Shown: positions 8,833 through 18,671, counted from the stretch's first letter. The stretch is DNA of 64,000 nt from an uncultured Alphaproteobacteria bacterium (GCA_963931495.1 OZ007020.1:573880-637879); one strand, 5' to 3'. The notes: generated from the letters alone by a model not told the origin. Translations and numbers: made by a program.

Positions 8833-9970
8833 AAAAAAAATCAAAGTCTTTATTATCGCAGGTGAAGTGTCTGGGGATATATTGGGCGCAAAGATAATGC
8901 GTGAATTGCCGGATGCTGATTTTATTGGTGTCGGTGGCGAAAATATGGTTGCCGCGGGGCTGAACAGTATGTTTCCTATGTCTGATTTGGCAGTGATGGG
9001 AATTATAGAGGTTGTTGCCCATGCAAGAACATTGACGCGACGCATTTCCCAGACTGTTCGTGCAATTATCGCTTCGCGGCCAGATGTTGTATTGACGATT
9101 GATTCGCCGGGATTTGCCAAAAGCGTTGTTGAAAAATTACGCAAGAATTCAGATGGAAAAAAACTGATTGCGGATGGATTGCGATTTCATCATGTTGTTG
9201 CACCCCAGGTTTGGGCATGGCGTTCAGGGCGTGCTAAAAAATACGCCCAGATATTTGATAAGTTATACGCGTTTTTTGATTTTGAAGTTCCGTATTTTAC
9301 TAAATATGGATTAGATACTGTGGCGGTTGGCCACCCTATTGCAGACGGTTTAATTGGATATCAATCAAAGCATAAAAAAATAAATAATGAAAAAATTATT
9401 GCAATCATCCCAGGCAGTCGTATGTCAGAAGTAAAAAGATTAATGCCATTGTTCCAGGATGTGGTTGGGCAACTGGTTGCAAATGGATATAACGATTATC
9501 GCTTTGTTATACCGACTGTTGAAACGACAGATGGGTTTATTCGTGAACATGTAAAGCGTTGGGGGGTGCAGCCGGAAATAATTCCGTCAAAATCACGGTA
9601 TGATTTATATGCGCAAACTTATATTGCAATTGCCGCCAGTGGAACAGTATCGGCGGAATTGGCGATGTTACATGTTCCGTCGGTGATTGTTTATAAAATG
9701 AATCCTGTGACGGTGTGGTTGGCACGACATTTGTTGCAAGTCAAATGGGTTTCGTTGGTAAATATATTATTAAATCGTTCTGTATACCCTGAATGTCTGG
9801 GGCCAAATGCAACGACAGAAAATATATTAGATAATGTTCGCCAGTTAAGCATACCAAGTGTTCGTGAAAATATGATTTCTGGATTAAAATCAGCAGATAA
9901 TTTATGGCGGCGTCCAAATGGTGCGCCGGCGGCGTTGATTGCCCAGTCGGTGCGAAATTCAGTGAAATAG
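8801..9970 (+). CDS. lpxB: Lipid-A-disaccharide synthase (alternative start at 8822)
   Basis: KIKVFIIAGEVSGDILGAKIMREL N-terminus typical of LpxB; ~380 aa. Confidence 0.85.
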   Translation: MVLVHRVMQNRKKIKVFIIAGEVSGDILGAKIMRELPDADFIGVGGENMVAAGLNSMFPMSDLAVMGIIEVVAHARTLTRRISQTVRAIIASRPDVVLTIDSPGFAKSVVEKLRKNSDGKKLIADGLRFHHVVAPQVWAWRSGRAKKYAQIFDKLYAFFDFEVPYFTKYGLDTVAVGHPIADGLIGYQSKHKKINNEKIIAIIPGSRMSEVKRLMPLFQDVVGQLVANGYNDYRFVIPTVETTDGFIREHVKRWGVQPEIIPSKSRYDLYAQTYIAIAASGTVSAELAMLHVPSVIVYKMNPVTVWLARHLLQVKWVSLVNILLNRSVYPECLGPNATTENILDNVRQLSIPSVRENMISGLKSADNLWRRPNGAPAALIAQSVRNSVK

Positions 9971-9992
9971 ATGATAAATCATTGTTCAAAAA

Positions 9993-10019
9993 ATAGTGTC
10001 AGTTAAACAATGACACTAT
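9993..10019. terminator. Bidirectional rho-independent terminator between lpxB and convergent secreted-protein gene
   Basis: Hairpin atagtgtca-gttaaacaa-tgacactat flanked by A/T runs. Confidence 0.65.
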
Positions 10020-10060
10020 TTTTATTTTGCGAACAATTATACGGATATGCGTTATTTCGT

Positions 10061-12646
10061 TTACATCACACCCAGTGGCAGATAGTCCAAAATCGCATCA
10101 TCTGGGGTGGCGCATTTACCATTGCTTTCATAACCATTTATTGGACATACCTGGTTTCCTGTTGTTGGTGCCTTGGTACACCAATTTTCCGATGGCTGGG
10201 ATGATGTTATGGCGTCCGGACTGGAATATGCCGAAGAACACATTGCATCATTCGCAGCACTGGTAACAGGTACAGCGGCAACGCATTTTGGTGATTTGCC
10301 CCATTTGCTGCGACGGCCACCGTTTTCCCAGCACAAACATGCGCCCCATGATTGGGTATCAACACTGGAATCATAGTCGCGCGGACACATGTATTCGCCG
10401 GTACCGACGGCATAGTATGCGGACAACGTTTTGTATTCCAGCGAGTCGGTAAATGTTGATTTGCAGAAATTGGTTTCATCGTACGCATCATATTTGATGA
10501 TCTGGTATTCAACAAAGCGGCCTTGCAAGTTATTACACTGGGTTGTTAACGAGTCAATGATTTGACTGTAAATTTCTGTGGCCACCCCGGTTGCGCGTGG
10601 TATCCGGTGATCTATTGGTGTGGAATTTGCGGTGGATGCGAATGTTCCGTATACTTGCTGGGCGCCATTTGATGCAACGACAAAATCACTTTCGCCACTG
10701 CGGTTGGCGTTGATTCTGTCAAATCCACCAAATGCCTTGGTTATAATTTCGTCTGTATTGCATGTTTCTATGCTGGTCAGTTGTTCTGCGCATTTTGATA
10801 ATATTACCTTGTTTCCATTTTTGTCATAATCGTATAAAGTGAACCAATCCAGTGCGGTTCCAGATTGGAACAATCCACTGTACGGGTAATAGAAGTTTTC
10901 ATAGTTTGTGCCACCAAAGTTGTCAAAGCATTGCTTTACAACGGCACGACATGCGGTTAATACATCTTCGTCTTTTCTGTTGTTTACATAATCAACGATA
11001 ATGTCATTGCCGGTTTCGTTTTTGAACATCAGGTTGCAAGAATTGACATAATCTGTACACATTTCTTGGGTCAGTGCGATTTTGTCCGGTTGCAAAACAG
11101 TTGTATATTCACCGACCAATTCTGCCATTGCGGCGGTTAATCCACTTTCACTGTTTGTGTAACATGCGGTTATGAAATCAAAGCATCCTTGTTTGATTTC
11201 GCGAACCTTGGATTGTTGGGCATAGTATATGTCTAACATTGCCTTGTCCAGATATTCGGACCAAACTGTATCGGCCTGTTCCGTGCATTTATCCAGTGCG
11301 GGTTCAGCAAATTTCTTTACACGTTTTTCAAAATTTTGTACGAATGGGCGATTTGTAATATTTTTTGCCAATTTTTGTTCGCTGGCTTCAACGCCATCGG
11401 CGAATTGTAACAATTCGCCCAATTCATAAAAGTTTTCAACACCGGCAATTGGGGAACCGGTTGATACATCAATAAATTCGCCATTGTCCAGACATTTATG
11501 ATATCCGGCGCCACAAACTTCTTCACTTAATATTGCAGATTCAACATTGGCGATACATGTTGCGATATCATCCGAGTTATGCTTTTGCCGGTTTTCAACG
11601 CGGGCTAAATCCAACAAAGCACTGCTTTCGCGGACGGCAGATTTCATTTCTTTCTTTTTTAATTCAATCGCAGATGACACCGCGTTACAATCTTGTTCAA
11701 TTGCCATCAGATATGCGGTAACGGCGCGTTGCAACTGGGCATCTGTACAATCGTCGCGGACGGCGTTTCGGCACTGGGGGTATACCGCATTATATAAATT
11801 CACGCCGTTATATGTGGCGATAACTTGGCCTGCATCGGTCATGCCAAATGCATTTGTGGTATCAAATGCCAATGTAATGCTGTTCAGGTCGGAATATCGC
11901 CCACCCACCGACGAATCTTCGCCACGAATAGAATTCATAATCGCCTGTAATAATTGTTTTGATGCAGATGTGTCAGATGTTAATGCATTTTCCCCTTCGG
12001 ATGCGGTTTTCATGGCCGTTGCCTGGGCCGCCGTCATTCCGACAACATCCAGGTTTTCGGTAAATACAGTTAATTGATCACTGGCATCTTGCATAACGTC
12101 ACGTATTTCCGTCAAATCATATACGCGATCGCTGCAAGAACAACGGCGGTAATCATCATTTTTCAGTTCACAAAATTGGTCCATACATGTGAAATACGCA
12201 GTTTTGCATCGTTCGTATTCGGCACCAGTGCGCGTTTGCGACATCGCCGATGTTGTGTCATTGGTATCAGCCGCGCGGGCGACAACGTTCGCGTTGCTGG
12301 TTGTTGCTGTGCGCGCGTTTACTGTTGTGCGTCCAGAATCACGCGCCGCACCACGTGAATTGGCCGGGCGACTTATAACATTGCCGTTTTGCGCACGTGT
12401 TGATTGGGTTGATTGGCGTGGGGTGGTAACGCCACGCGATATTACGGCCGAACGCGTGTTTGTGGCACCGGTGGATGTTGCGGAACGCGGTGTCGCGCCC
12501 GATGCGCGTGGTGTGGACACAGTGCGCGATTGTACCGTGTTTGTATTTTGCGATTGCCGATTTGTTGCGTTTTCATCACGCACGGCCGCATCAGCAATGC
12601 CGATGAACGCTGCAAAAATCCCGATAAAATAAAGAATCTTCCTCAT
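10061..12646 (-). CDS. Large secreted Cys-containing protein with Thr/Ser/Arg-rich low-complexity N-terminal region, unknown function
   Basis: 861 aa; signal peptide MRKILYFIGIFAAFIGIADA; ~150 aa of T/S/R/A-rich low complexity then Cys-rich globular part. Confidence 0.6.
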   Translation of the reverse strand: MRKILYFIGIFAAFIGIADAAVRDENATNRQSQNTNTVQSRTVSTPRASGATPRSATSTGATNTRSAVISRGVTTPRQSTQSTRAQNGNVISRPANSRGAARDSGRTTVNARTATTSNANVVARAADTNDTTSAMSQTRTGAEYERCKTAYFTCMDQFCELKNDDYRRCSCSDRVYDLTEIRDVMQDASDQLTVFTENLDVVGMTAAQATAMKTASEGENALTSDTSASKQLLQAIMNSIRGEDSSVGGRYSDLNSITLAFDTTNAFGMTDAGQVIATYNGVNLYNAVYPQCRNAVRDDCTDAQLQRAVTAYLMAIEQDCNAVSSAIELKKKEMKSAVRESSALLDLARVENRQKHNSDDIATCIANVESAILSEEVCGAGYHKCLDNGEFIDVSTGSPIAGVENFYELGELLQFADGVEASEQKLAKNITNRPFVQNFEKRVKKFAEPALDKCTEQADTVWSEYLDKAMLDIYYAQQSKVREIKQGCFDFITACYTNSESGLTAAMAELVGEYTTVLQPDKIALTQEMCTDYVNSCNLMFKNETGNDIIVDYVNNRKDEDVLTACRAVVKQCFDNFGGTNYENFYYPYSGLFQSGTALDWFTLYDYDKNGNKVILSKCAEQLTSIETCNTDEIITKAFGGFDRINANRSGESDFVVASNGAQQVYGTFASTANSTPIDHRIPRATGVATEIYSQIIDSLTTQCNNLQGRFVEYQIIKYDAYDETNFCKSTFTDSLEYKTLSAYYAVGTGEYMCPRDYDSSVDTQSWGACLCWENGGRRSKWGKSPKCVAAVPVTSAANDAMCSSAYSSPDAITSSQPSENWCTKAPTTGNQVCPINGYESNGKCATPDDAILDYLPLGVM

Positions 12647-12758
12647 TTCTATGGAAATGGTAGCAAAATTGCAAAATTCAGGGCAAGTAAAATATGTGAT
12701 TATTTACAAGAATTCTTTCCCGCAGACTTTTGCACATCAATATGATAGCGTTGCCAGC

Positions 12759-13358
12759 ATGAATAAATCAAGACTTGAAGCGTTTAGTGATGGATTGTTT
12801 TCGGTTGTGATTACAATTATGGTGTTGGAATTAAATCCGCCTGGGGATGTTACGTGGCAATCACTGAAACCGCTGATACCCATATTTCTTAGTTATGTGT
12901 TAAGTTTTGTATATGGGGCAATTTTTTGGATAAATCATCATCATTTATTGGCGGCAACGCGACGGATAAACAGCGCTGTATTATGGGCGAATTTGCTGTT
13001 CTTGTTTTGGTTGTCGTTGATACCATTTTTTACCGCGTGGGTTGATGAAAATCATGCGGCACCAATACCGGTGGCGGCATATGGGTTGGCATTATTTATG
13101 GTTGTTGCATCGTACAGAATACTGGAAATTGTTTTGTTTCGTATTCATGATACAGATGCGTTGCTGGTGCGAATATTACGCCCAGGACGACGGGAAAAGT
13201 TTTCAATGGTGGCGTTTTTGTTGGCGGTGCCATTGGCGCTGGTACATCCGTTCATATCAATGGGGATATATATAGCCGTTGCCGCAATTTGGTTCTTGCC
13301 GGAACGGGGGCTGGAACGCGCGCTGATGCGGCGCGATATATGTGCCACGCAACAGTAA
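12759..13358 (+). CDS. TMEM175/DUF1211-family putative K+ channel
   Basis: MNKSRLEAFSDGLFSVVITIMVLEL (RxxxFSDGxxAxxxT signature of TMEM175 family); ORF track start 12651 is probably too far upstream. Confidence 0.65.
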   Translation: MNKSRLEAFSDGLFSVVITIMVLELNPPGDVTWQSLKPLIPIFLSYVLSFVYGAIFWINHHHLLAATRRINSAVLWANLLFLFWLSLIPFFTAWVDENHAAPIPVAAYGLALFMVVASYRILEIVLFRIHDTDALLVRILRPGRREKFSMVAFLLAVPLALVHPFISMGIYIAVAAIWFLPERGLERALMRRDICATQQ

Positions 13359-13372
13359 GATAATTTTTATGT

Positions 13373-13401
13373 TGCAAAATATTCAAACATAATATAATAT
13401 A
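13373..13401 (+). promoter_or_regulatory. Sigma70-like promoter for tRNA cluster (-35 TTGCAA, 17-nt spacer, -10 TAATAT)
   Basis: Hexamers at 13373-13378 and 13396-13401, 11 nt upstream of tRNA-Leu 5' end. Confidence 0.45.
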
Positions 13402-13412
13402 CCATGGCGTCG

Positions 13413-13499
13413 CGGATATGGCGGAACTGGTAGACGCGCTAGTTTCAGGTACTAGTGGCAGCAATGCCTTGGAGGTTCAAGTCCTCTTATCCGCACCAA
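13413..13499 (+). tRNA. tRNA-Leu (anticodon CAG), type II with long variable arm, CCA encoded
   Basis: Acceptor GCGGATA/TATCCGC, anticodon stem CTAGT/ACTAG with loop TTCAGGT. Confidence 0.9.
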
Positions 13500-13507
13500 A
13501 GTTTTTG

Positions 13508-13583
13508 GGGTTGTAGCTCAGTTGATAGAGCGCTACGTTCGCATCGTAGAGGTCGTGGGTTTGAGTCCCATCAGCTCCACCAA
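13508..13583 (+). tRNA. tRNA-Ala (anticodon CGC), G3:U70 identity pair present, CCA encoded
   Basis: Acceptor GGGGTTG/CAGCTCC (G3-U70 wobble), anticodon loop TTCGCAT, T-loop TTTGAGT. Confidence 0.88.
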
Positions 13584-13594
13584 AATTTTATTGC

Positions 13595-13616
13595 CGCCGT
13601 TTGGCGGTTTTTTATT
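13595..13616 (+). terminator. Hairpin + T-run after tRNA-Ala
   Basis: ccgcc-gttt-ggcgg followed by ttttttt. Confidence 0.5.
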
Positions 13617-13668
13617 GACAAGTATGCCACGCACGCGGTAGTATATTACGCAGATTTTTTAAGTTCTG

Positions 13669-13755
13669 GGGATATGGCGGAATGGTAGACGCTGAGGACT
13701 TAAAATCCTTTGGTCATTGCGACCGTGTGGGTTCAAGTCCCACTATCCCCACCAC
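13669..13755 (+). tRNA. tRNA-Leu (anticodon UAA), type II, CCA encoded
   Basis: Acceptor GGGGATA/TATCCCC, anticodon stem GAGGA/TCCTT loop CTTAAAA. Confidence 0.88.
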
Positions 13756-13777
13756 ACAGGTTTTAACAGTGGTATTG

Positions 13778-13854
13778 GATGAGTAGCTCAGTTGGTTAGA
13801 GCATCACGTTCACATCGTGGGGGTCGTTGGTTCAAGTCCAATCTCATCCACCAA
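13778..13854 (+). tRNA. tRNA-Val (anticodon CAC), CCA encoded
   Basis: Acceptor GGATGAG/CTCATCC, anticodon loop TTCACAT. Confidence 0.88.
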
Positions 13855-13863
13855 TGATAAAAA

Positions 13864-13889
13864 TGCCCGCCGTTTGGCGGGCATTTTGT
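13864..13889 (+). terminator. Rho-independent terminator after tRNA cluster
   Basis: atgcccgcc-gttt-ggcgggcat followed by tttt. Confidence 0.7.
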
Positions 13890-13904
13890 TTGAATCTGGG
13901 GGGG

Positions 13905-14225
13905 TTATCTTAATCCCTTGGCGCGACAACACGCGGATGCCGCACTGCGCCAATCAGAATATTGTTTATGCGGATTGCGCAAATCTTGCCACGGTTGCCA
14001 ACCATTGCATGACATGTTTTCGCCACGCTGGGTACATTTCACATAACGACGCAATGTGCAGGTTTGATTTGATACCTTGCCCGTGTCAGTGGTGCACTTT
14101 ACAACAACAGTTTGATTTTTTGCATCGTTTTTGCCCATTTCTTTGGATGACAATAACTGGTATGCATCAGCCGAGCATACAGATACAAAAATCATACACA
14201 ATGCGATAAAGTATTTTTTTACCAT
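13905..14225 (-). CDS. Small secreted Cys-containing protein, last gene of cpaA-led operon
   Basis: 106 aa; signal peptide MVKKYFIALCMIFVSVCSADA; 59 nt downstream of 570-aa gene. Confidence 0.45.
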   Translation of the reverse strand: MVKKYFIALCMIFVSVCSADAYQLLSSKEMGKNDAKNQTVVVKCTTDTGKVSNQTCTLRRYVKCTQRGENMSCNGWQPWQDLRNPHKQYSDWRSAASACCRAKGLR

Positions 14226-14284
14226 GGCGCGCTTCCTTTGTATTCAGATTATACAATATGTAAATAAAAAAATACAATTGGTTT

Positions 14285-15997
14285 TTATTCGGGATGGGTT
14301 TCGTGTGTTGTCCATGGTTCGTCATTCATAACCAGGTAATACAATTCGGCAAATTCTGTACCAGGGTTACGTATCACGGGGCGGACAACAAAAATATCAA
14401 CATTGCATGCATGATTGCCCTGCTCTGATTGTATTGCCATTAAATTAAAATGAAACTTATCTGCGAAATCCATTGCTTGCAGATACGCGGCATCGTCGTC
14501 AGACGGACTGACCGAATCACCGGCCCACATCAACCACATTCCATGGTTTACAACATTTTCTTGGCCCTGTAAATCATCGGCCGACAGCAATGTCAGTGGT
14601 TTGAATTCAATGTCGTTTGTGAATTCACCAGTGCTGGTTTCGGTCCAATCATACATACCCCCAACAAATCGCAGGGCGCCGTATATAAATCCGCCAGTCC
14701 TTTCCATACGGGCCAATGCGCCAATATTAGACATTGTTGATTGAAATAACCAATCACGAATACGCCCAGAAAATGAACTGCTGCGTGCAATTTTTGTTGC
14801 GTTACGAATTTGGCGCCCACCAGTGTTGGCCGCCCGAACCGCACGCCATGCACGTGCGACAATGTTTCCGCGTTGTGCCGTGCGTAATCCGCGCAATGCC
14901 CGCCGGTATTGATTTAATGATGCGAATGTGTCTGATGCCTGGCGATAGCGACGCACGTCATCAGTATTTTCCAATGTGCGCATTGTTTGTGCGTAATTTT
15001 CAACTTCGGATAATTTGCGCGCGTACCCCGTTGCGTCGGCCACACGGTCAATTTGATTCAATTCGGACATTGCGCGCGCGTATTGTTGCGATGTGCGAAT
15101 ATAATTTGTTACAGATTCTGTTTGGCGCAATGTGCGCATTGTTTGGCTCAGTCCGTTTAACGTGCGGGATGCGCGTGCGGCCTTGGTCGTTCCCAGAATC
15201 GCAGTCCCAGTTCCCATTGTTGCAACGGTTATCGCAACGTCCAGTCCAATTTCCATATATGATATCCACCGTAAATCAGCGTCGCCGGCAACGTAATAAT
15301 CATTTGTGTCATCTGGGATATTCACGGTTTCGTGCATCGCCAGATTTATCATTTCGCGATTACCGGCAATTGCAGATTTGCTGGTGCATCGGTTACCATG
15401 CGGAAATATTTTATCAATGTTGTCATTTATGTACTGCATTGATATGGTGTTGTTTTTGCCGGGACCGATAAAGTCATCCAGACTGCCTGATTCAACAACC
15501 ATTATTGCATACCATGCAGGGTCGGTATTCGTCCAAATGGAATCGTCGCCAGGCCCGCCAATAACTGGATTTGGATTATTGTCAGATGCCAGTGTGCGTC
15601 GTTCGGCCAATTTTATACGCTGGTTCAATATCTTTGGTTGTGTTTCATAGTTTATTTTGATATTGCGGCCAGTTGGAAATGTGTATTGTATCGTTTGTAA
15701 TTTTATTGTTTCGTCATCAGATGCATTGGCAAATTCAGGGCATGCAATTACGTGGCGCAGTACATCAGCATTTTGAAATGTTTGATATATCCATTGTTGG
15801 ATTTTTGTTTCATCGTCTGATGCGTCAACGGTGTTTGCTGTTTTAGCCAGTGCATTTGCAAATACAGTGGTGGAACACGATGTGTCTGGTTGTGCTGTGT
15901 CGCGGTGTATGTCGGGTATTGGTGTATTATCTGCGCAAAGCGCCACATTTGTGGCGCCAACAAAAATAACAAAAAATGTCAAAATTTTTTGCAGCAT
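14285..15997 (-). CDS. Secreted protein with internal degenerate repeats (TMRTLRQTE.../AQTMRTLENTDD...), unknown function
   Basis: 570 aa; signal peptide MLQKILTFFVIFVGATNVALCA; 3-nt gap to upstream gene. Confidence 0.6.
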   Translation of the reverse strand: MLQKILTFFVIFVGATNVALCADNTPIPDIHRDTAQPDTSCSTTVFANALAKTANTVDASDDETKIQQWIYQTFQNADVLRHVIACPEFANASDDETIKLQTIQYTFPTGRNIKINYETQPKILNQRIKLAERRTLASDNNPNPVIGGPGDDSIWTNTDPAWYAIMVVESGSLDDFIGPGKNNTISMQYINDNIDKIFPHGNRCTSKSAIAGNREMINLAMHETVNIPDDTNDYYVAGDADLRWISYMEIGLDVAITVATMGTGTAILGTTKAARASRTLNGLSQTMRTLRQTESVTNYIRTSQQYARAMSELNQIDRVADATGYARKLSEVENYAQTMRTLENTDDVRRYRQASDTFASLNQYRRALRGLRTAQRGNIVARAWRAVRAANTGGRQIRNATKIARSSSFSGRIRDWLFQSTMSNIGALARMERTGGFIYGALRFVGGMYDWTETSTGEFTNDIEFKPLTLLSADDLQGQENVVNHGMWLMWAGDSVSPSDDDAAYLQAMDFADKFHFNLMAIQSEQGNHACNVDIFVVRPVIRNPGTEFAELYYLVMNDEPWTTHETHPE

Positions 15998-16000
15998 TAA

Positions 16001-17188
16001 TTACAGTCCTGATACACTGCCGATTGATTGACCACATGTATCAATGATGCGTTGGCGTTCGCTTGATATACGCCGTATCAATTCATCATATGGATCTTGT
16101 GTCGGATTATTCGGCTTTGTATATGGTGGAACCGGTACCGTTGTGCCCGATTGAACACATGTATTACCAGAACGTGTATAGCCATCAATACATGTCCATG
16201 TATAGCAAATATTTGTGGTGTCTGGAATATATTTTATATATGATTCAATTCCCACCGCAGGTTCTGTTTCGCCGGCACAGAAACGGGTTGTGCATTCGGG
16301 GGTCCAAAAATCGTTGCGGAACATGCTTTGCGGCCAAGATGCTTCGGTATCAGACCATGTGGTGTTATCTTTCATTTTCCCTTGCAAGCATTGGCGGACC
16401 ATTGGTTCAACAGGTGTCGGTGCAGCGGCATCGGCGGGTGCGCCACAAAACATATAATCACCAATGTTGGCCAGCCGTTCGCCCTTGTTGAATACGGTGT
16501 TGCAACATGTAAATTGTCTGGTTATCGGGTCGTATAGACAATCTGTTTCTGAAAATAATTGGGATCCAGCAACCAGTCCACCAACCAGTGCGCCGGCACC
16601 AACGGCGGCCCCATATCCAATTTGACCAAGCACAGGTATTGCATTGACCACAGCGGCCCCACCCGCAGCGGCGGTGGCGCCACTGACCACGCCCTGGACA
16701 ACGTCGCCCCACGAATGTTCATCGTTACCAGATGCGGCATTTATTACACCGGCGGTTCCCGCCACTGCGCCAACCGCACCCAGTGCCCCGGTTGCAAGAT
16801 TGCGTGCATTTATGCGGGGGCCGCCCTGGTTTTGTGGGGATGTGTTCCCCATGGGTGGAACAACGGGTGGAACATTGCCGGCGGATGTGGCCCCGGCGGC
16901 AACATTTGTGTTACCTGTGACAGATGCGCCCGATGTTCGTTGTTGGGCCGGGATTGATTCATCAATGGATACAATTTTTGACCCGGCGGTGGTCGGTGCG
17001 TTAAGGCGCATCCCAGTGTCGCGATTACGATAATTTAATGTTTGGCCATCGTCACCAACGGTTAATGTTGCCTGGCGGGTTGTTTGCTGCCATGCATCTG
17101 GATTAGAAATATTTGATATATCCAGTGCAAACGCCGATGATGTTGCGAATAATGCCACGACAGTGAAAGAAGCAATTTGATGTTTCAT
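16001..17188 (-). CDS. Secreted protein with glycine-zipper (GxxxG/AxxxG) region and C-terminal Cys-rich domain
   Basis: 395 aa; signal peptide MKHQIASFTVVALFATSSAFA; GALGAVGAVAGTAGV...GAAVGAGALVGGLVAG glycine zipper. Confidence 0.6.
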   Translation of the reverse strand: MKHQIASFTVVALFATSSAFALDISNISNPDAWQQTTRQATLTVGDDGQTLNYRNRDTGMRLNAPTTAGSKIVSIDESIPAQQRTSGASVTGNTNVAAGATSAGNVPPVVPPMGNTSPQNQGGPRINARNLATGALGAVGAVAGTAGVINAASGNDEHSWGDVVQGVVSGATAAAGGAAVVNAIPVLGQIGYGAAVGAGALVGGLVAGSQLFSETDCLYDPITRQFTCCNTVFNKGERLANIGDYMFCGAPADAAAPTPVEPMVRQCLQGKMKDNTTWSDTEASWPQSMFRNDFWTPECTTRFCAGETEPAVGIESYIKYIPDTTNICYTWTCIDGYTRSGNTCVQSGTTVPVPPYTKPNNPTQDPYDELIRRISSERQRIIDTCGQSIGSVSGL

Positions 17189-17191
17189 ATT

Positions 17192-18097
17192 TTAATACTT
17201 TCCATTTAATTGGGCCAGACAATCTGAAATTGGAATCCCAGAATCACGACATTTTTGCGCCGTTGCCAAATCTGCATCAATTATAGACAGGCGGGCGATT
17301 TCCTTGGTACAGAATGCGTTTACGCGGTTATTGTAATCTTCTTCGCTTTCAATGGTTATTGTGCGATATGCGGATGCGTCTTTGTACGGGGCGTATCCTG
17401 CCGCGTCATTTTGCATGCGTTCGGTAAATGATAAATCCGCCGCCGTTGTGGGAAATGCCGTTGCCACCAACACAGAATCACCGGTGCTGTTCGCAGATTG
17501 TAAATTTTTTAATTCTTGTTCGCGTTGTAATTTTTCCAGTGCCCATGGTTCGCCGTTCCATACCGGTAACTGTTGCTGGTACGGGTTTTGAAACTGAACC
17601 CCCTGTTGCGTTGCCGCGGTATTCGGACCGGTTGCCGTTGGGAATGCAACCGTCGTTCCAGTTGGTGCCGCAATCGCATTTTCAGATACGTATTTTTCAA
17701 ATTCAGTATCAATATATCCGCCACATGGTGTTACATAGTTATGATTTGGTAAACTGGCCAATTGGACGGTCAGTGTCGGGCGGGCGTCATCCACGTCCAC
17801 ACCAACACAATTATTGCGCGACGCACAGTATGATGCCACCAGTGCACCGACAATCGCCTGGCAATCAGCGGTTGATACGTCAGTACCCTGGGCATATACG
17901 GGAACTGGCATGCGTTGGTTATACGGACTGTCCGGGTTCCAGAATGGATTTGATGAATAATTCTGTACGTTCTGTATCTGGCCATACTGGGAAAATGGCG
18001 ACGGTGTCGTTGTTGTATTAATCGTTGTCGCAGTGGCCGAATTCATTATCCCGACAATAAATGCGCACACAGATGCAGATAAAATACGTATTTTCAT
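17192..18097 (-). CDS. Secreted protein, unknown function
   Basis: 301 aa; signal peptide MKIRILSASVCAFIVGIMNSATA. Confidence 0.6.
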   Translation of the reverse strand: MKIRILSASVCAFIVGIMNSATATTINTTTTPSPFSQYGQIQNVQNYSSNPFWNPDSPYNQRMPVPVYAQGTDVSTADCQAIVGALVASYCASRNNCVGVDVDDARPTLTVQLASLPNHNYVTPCGGYIDTEFEKYVSENAIAAPTGTTVAFPTATGPNTAATQQGVQFQNPYQQQLPVWNGEPWALEKLQREQELKNLQSANSTGDSVLVATAFPTTAADLSFTERMQNDAAGYAPYKDASAYRTITIESEEDYNNRVNAFCTKEIARLSIIDADLATAQKCRDSGIPISDCLAQLNGKY

Positions 18098-18130
18098 TCC
18101 CCCCGTCCATTTTTTCTTTGTTTCATAGTA

Positions 18131-18598
18131 TTATATCAAAAACCAGATTATAATTAAAGACAAAATTCCACCACCGATAAAGAAAGGTGCAAACGGGATG
18201 TATTTTTGTTTTCGGGTTCCGCCCCATAACAATCCGGCAATACATGCCAAGGCCAGCGCGATTGCCAGTCCTGTTATCCCCAACCATAATCCGCCCACAG
18301 ATATTAATTTTATATCCCCCATTCCGATCGGAATATCGGACTTGTTGTGGTGTTTGTTTCGCATGCTGAATATCAAACCAATTACGGTGGTTAATACGTA
18401 TCCAAAGATAGCGGCGATTACGGCGTCGGCAATATCAATCGGCCACGGAAAGAAATTTATGATTGTTAATCCAATCAGCATCATCGGAAACAGGTATGCG
18501 TCGGGGATAATTCTGCGCCGCCAATCAGCAACAGAAATGCGCCATGCGCACCATGCGGCTGTGACCAGTAATAAAACAAAAAAGATGGTATAAAACAT
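18131..18598 (-). CDS. cpaA: Tad/Flp-type prepilin peptidase (A24 aspartic peptidase, CpaA/TadV-like, no methyltransferase domain)
   Basis: 155 aa polytopic; catalytic Asp motifs RIIPD and GMGDIKLISVGGLWLG (cf. GGGDVKL of A24 family); first gene of a 5-gene minus-strand operon. Confidence 0.75.
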   Translation of the reverse strand: MFYTIFFVLLLVTAAWCAWRISVADWRRRIIPDAYLFPMMLIGLTIINFFPWPIDIADAVIAAIFGYVLTTVIGLIFSMRNKHHNKSDIPIGMGDIKLISVGGLWLGITGLAIALALACIAGLLWGGTRKQKYIPFAPFFIGGGILSLIIIWFLI

Positions 18599-18671
18599 AT
18601 TTTTCCCCCTTGCCTTTCGATTCGAATTTATGTTACAATTATGTCAGTATGTATAACAAGGATTTTTTGAA

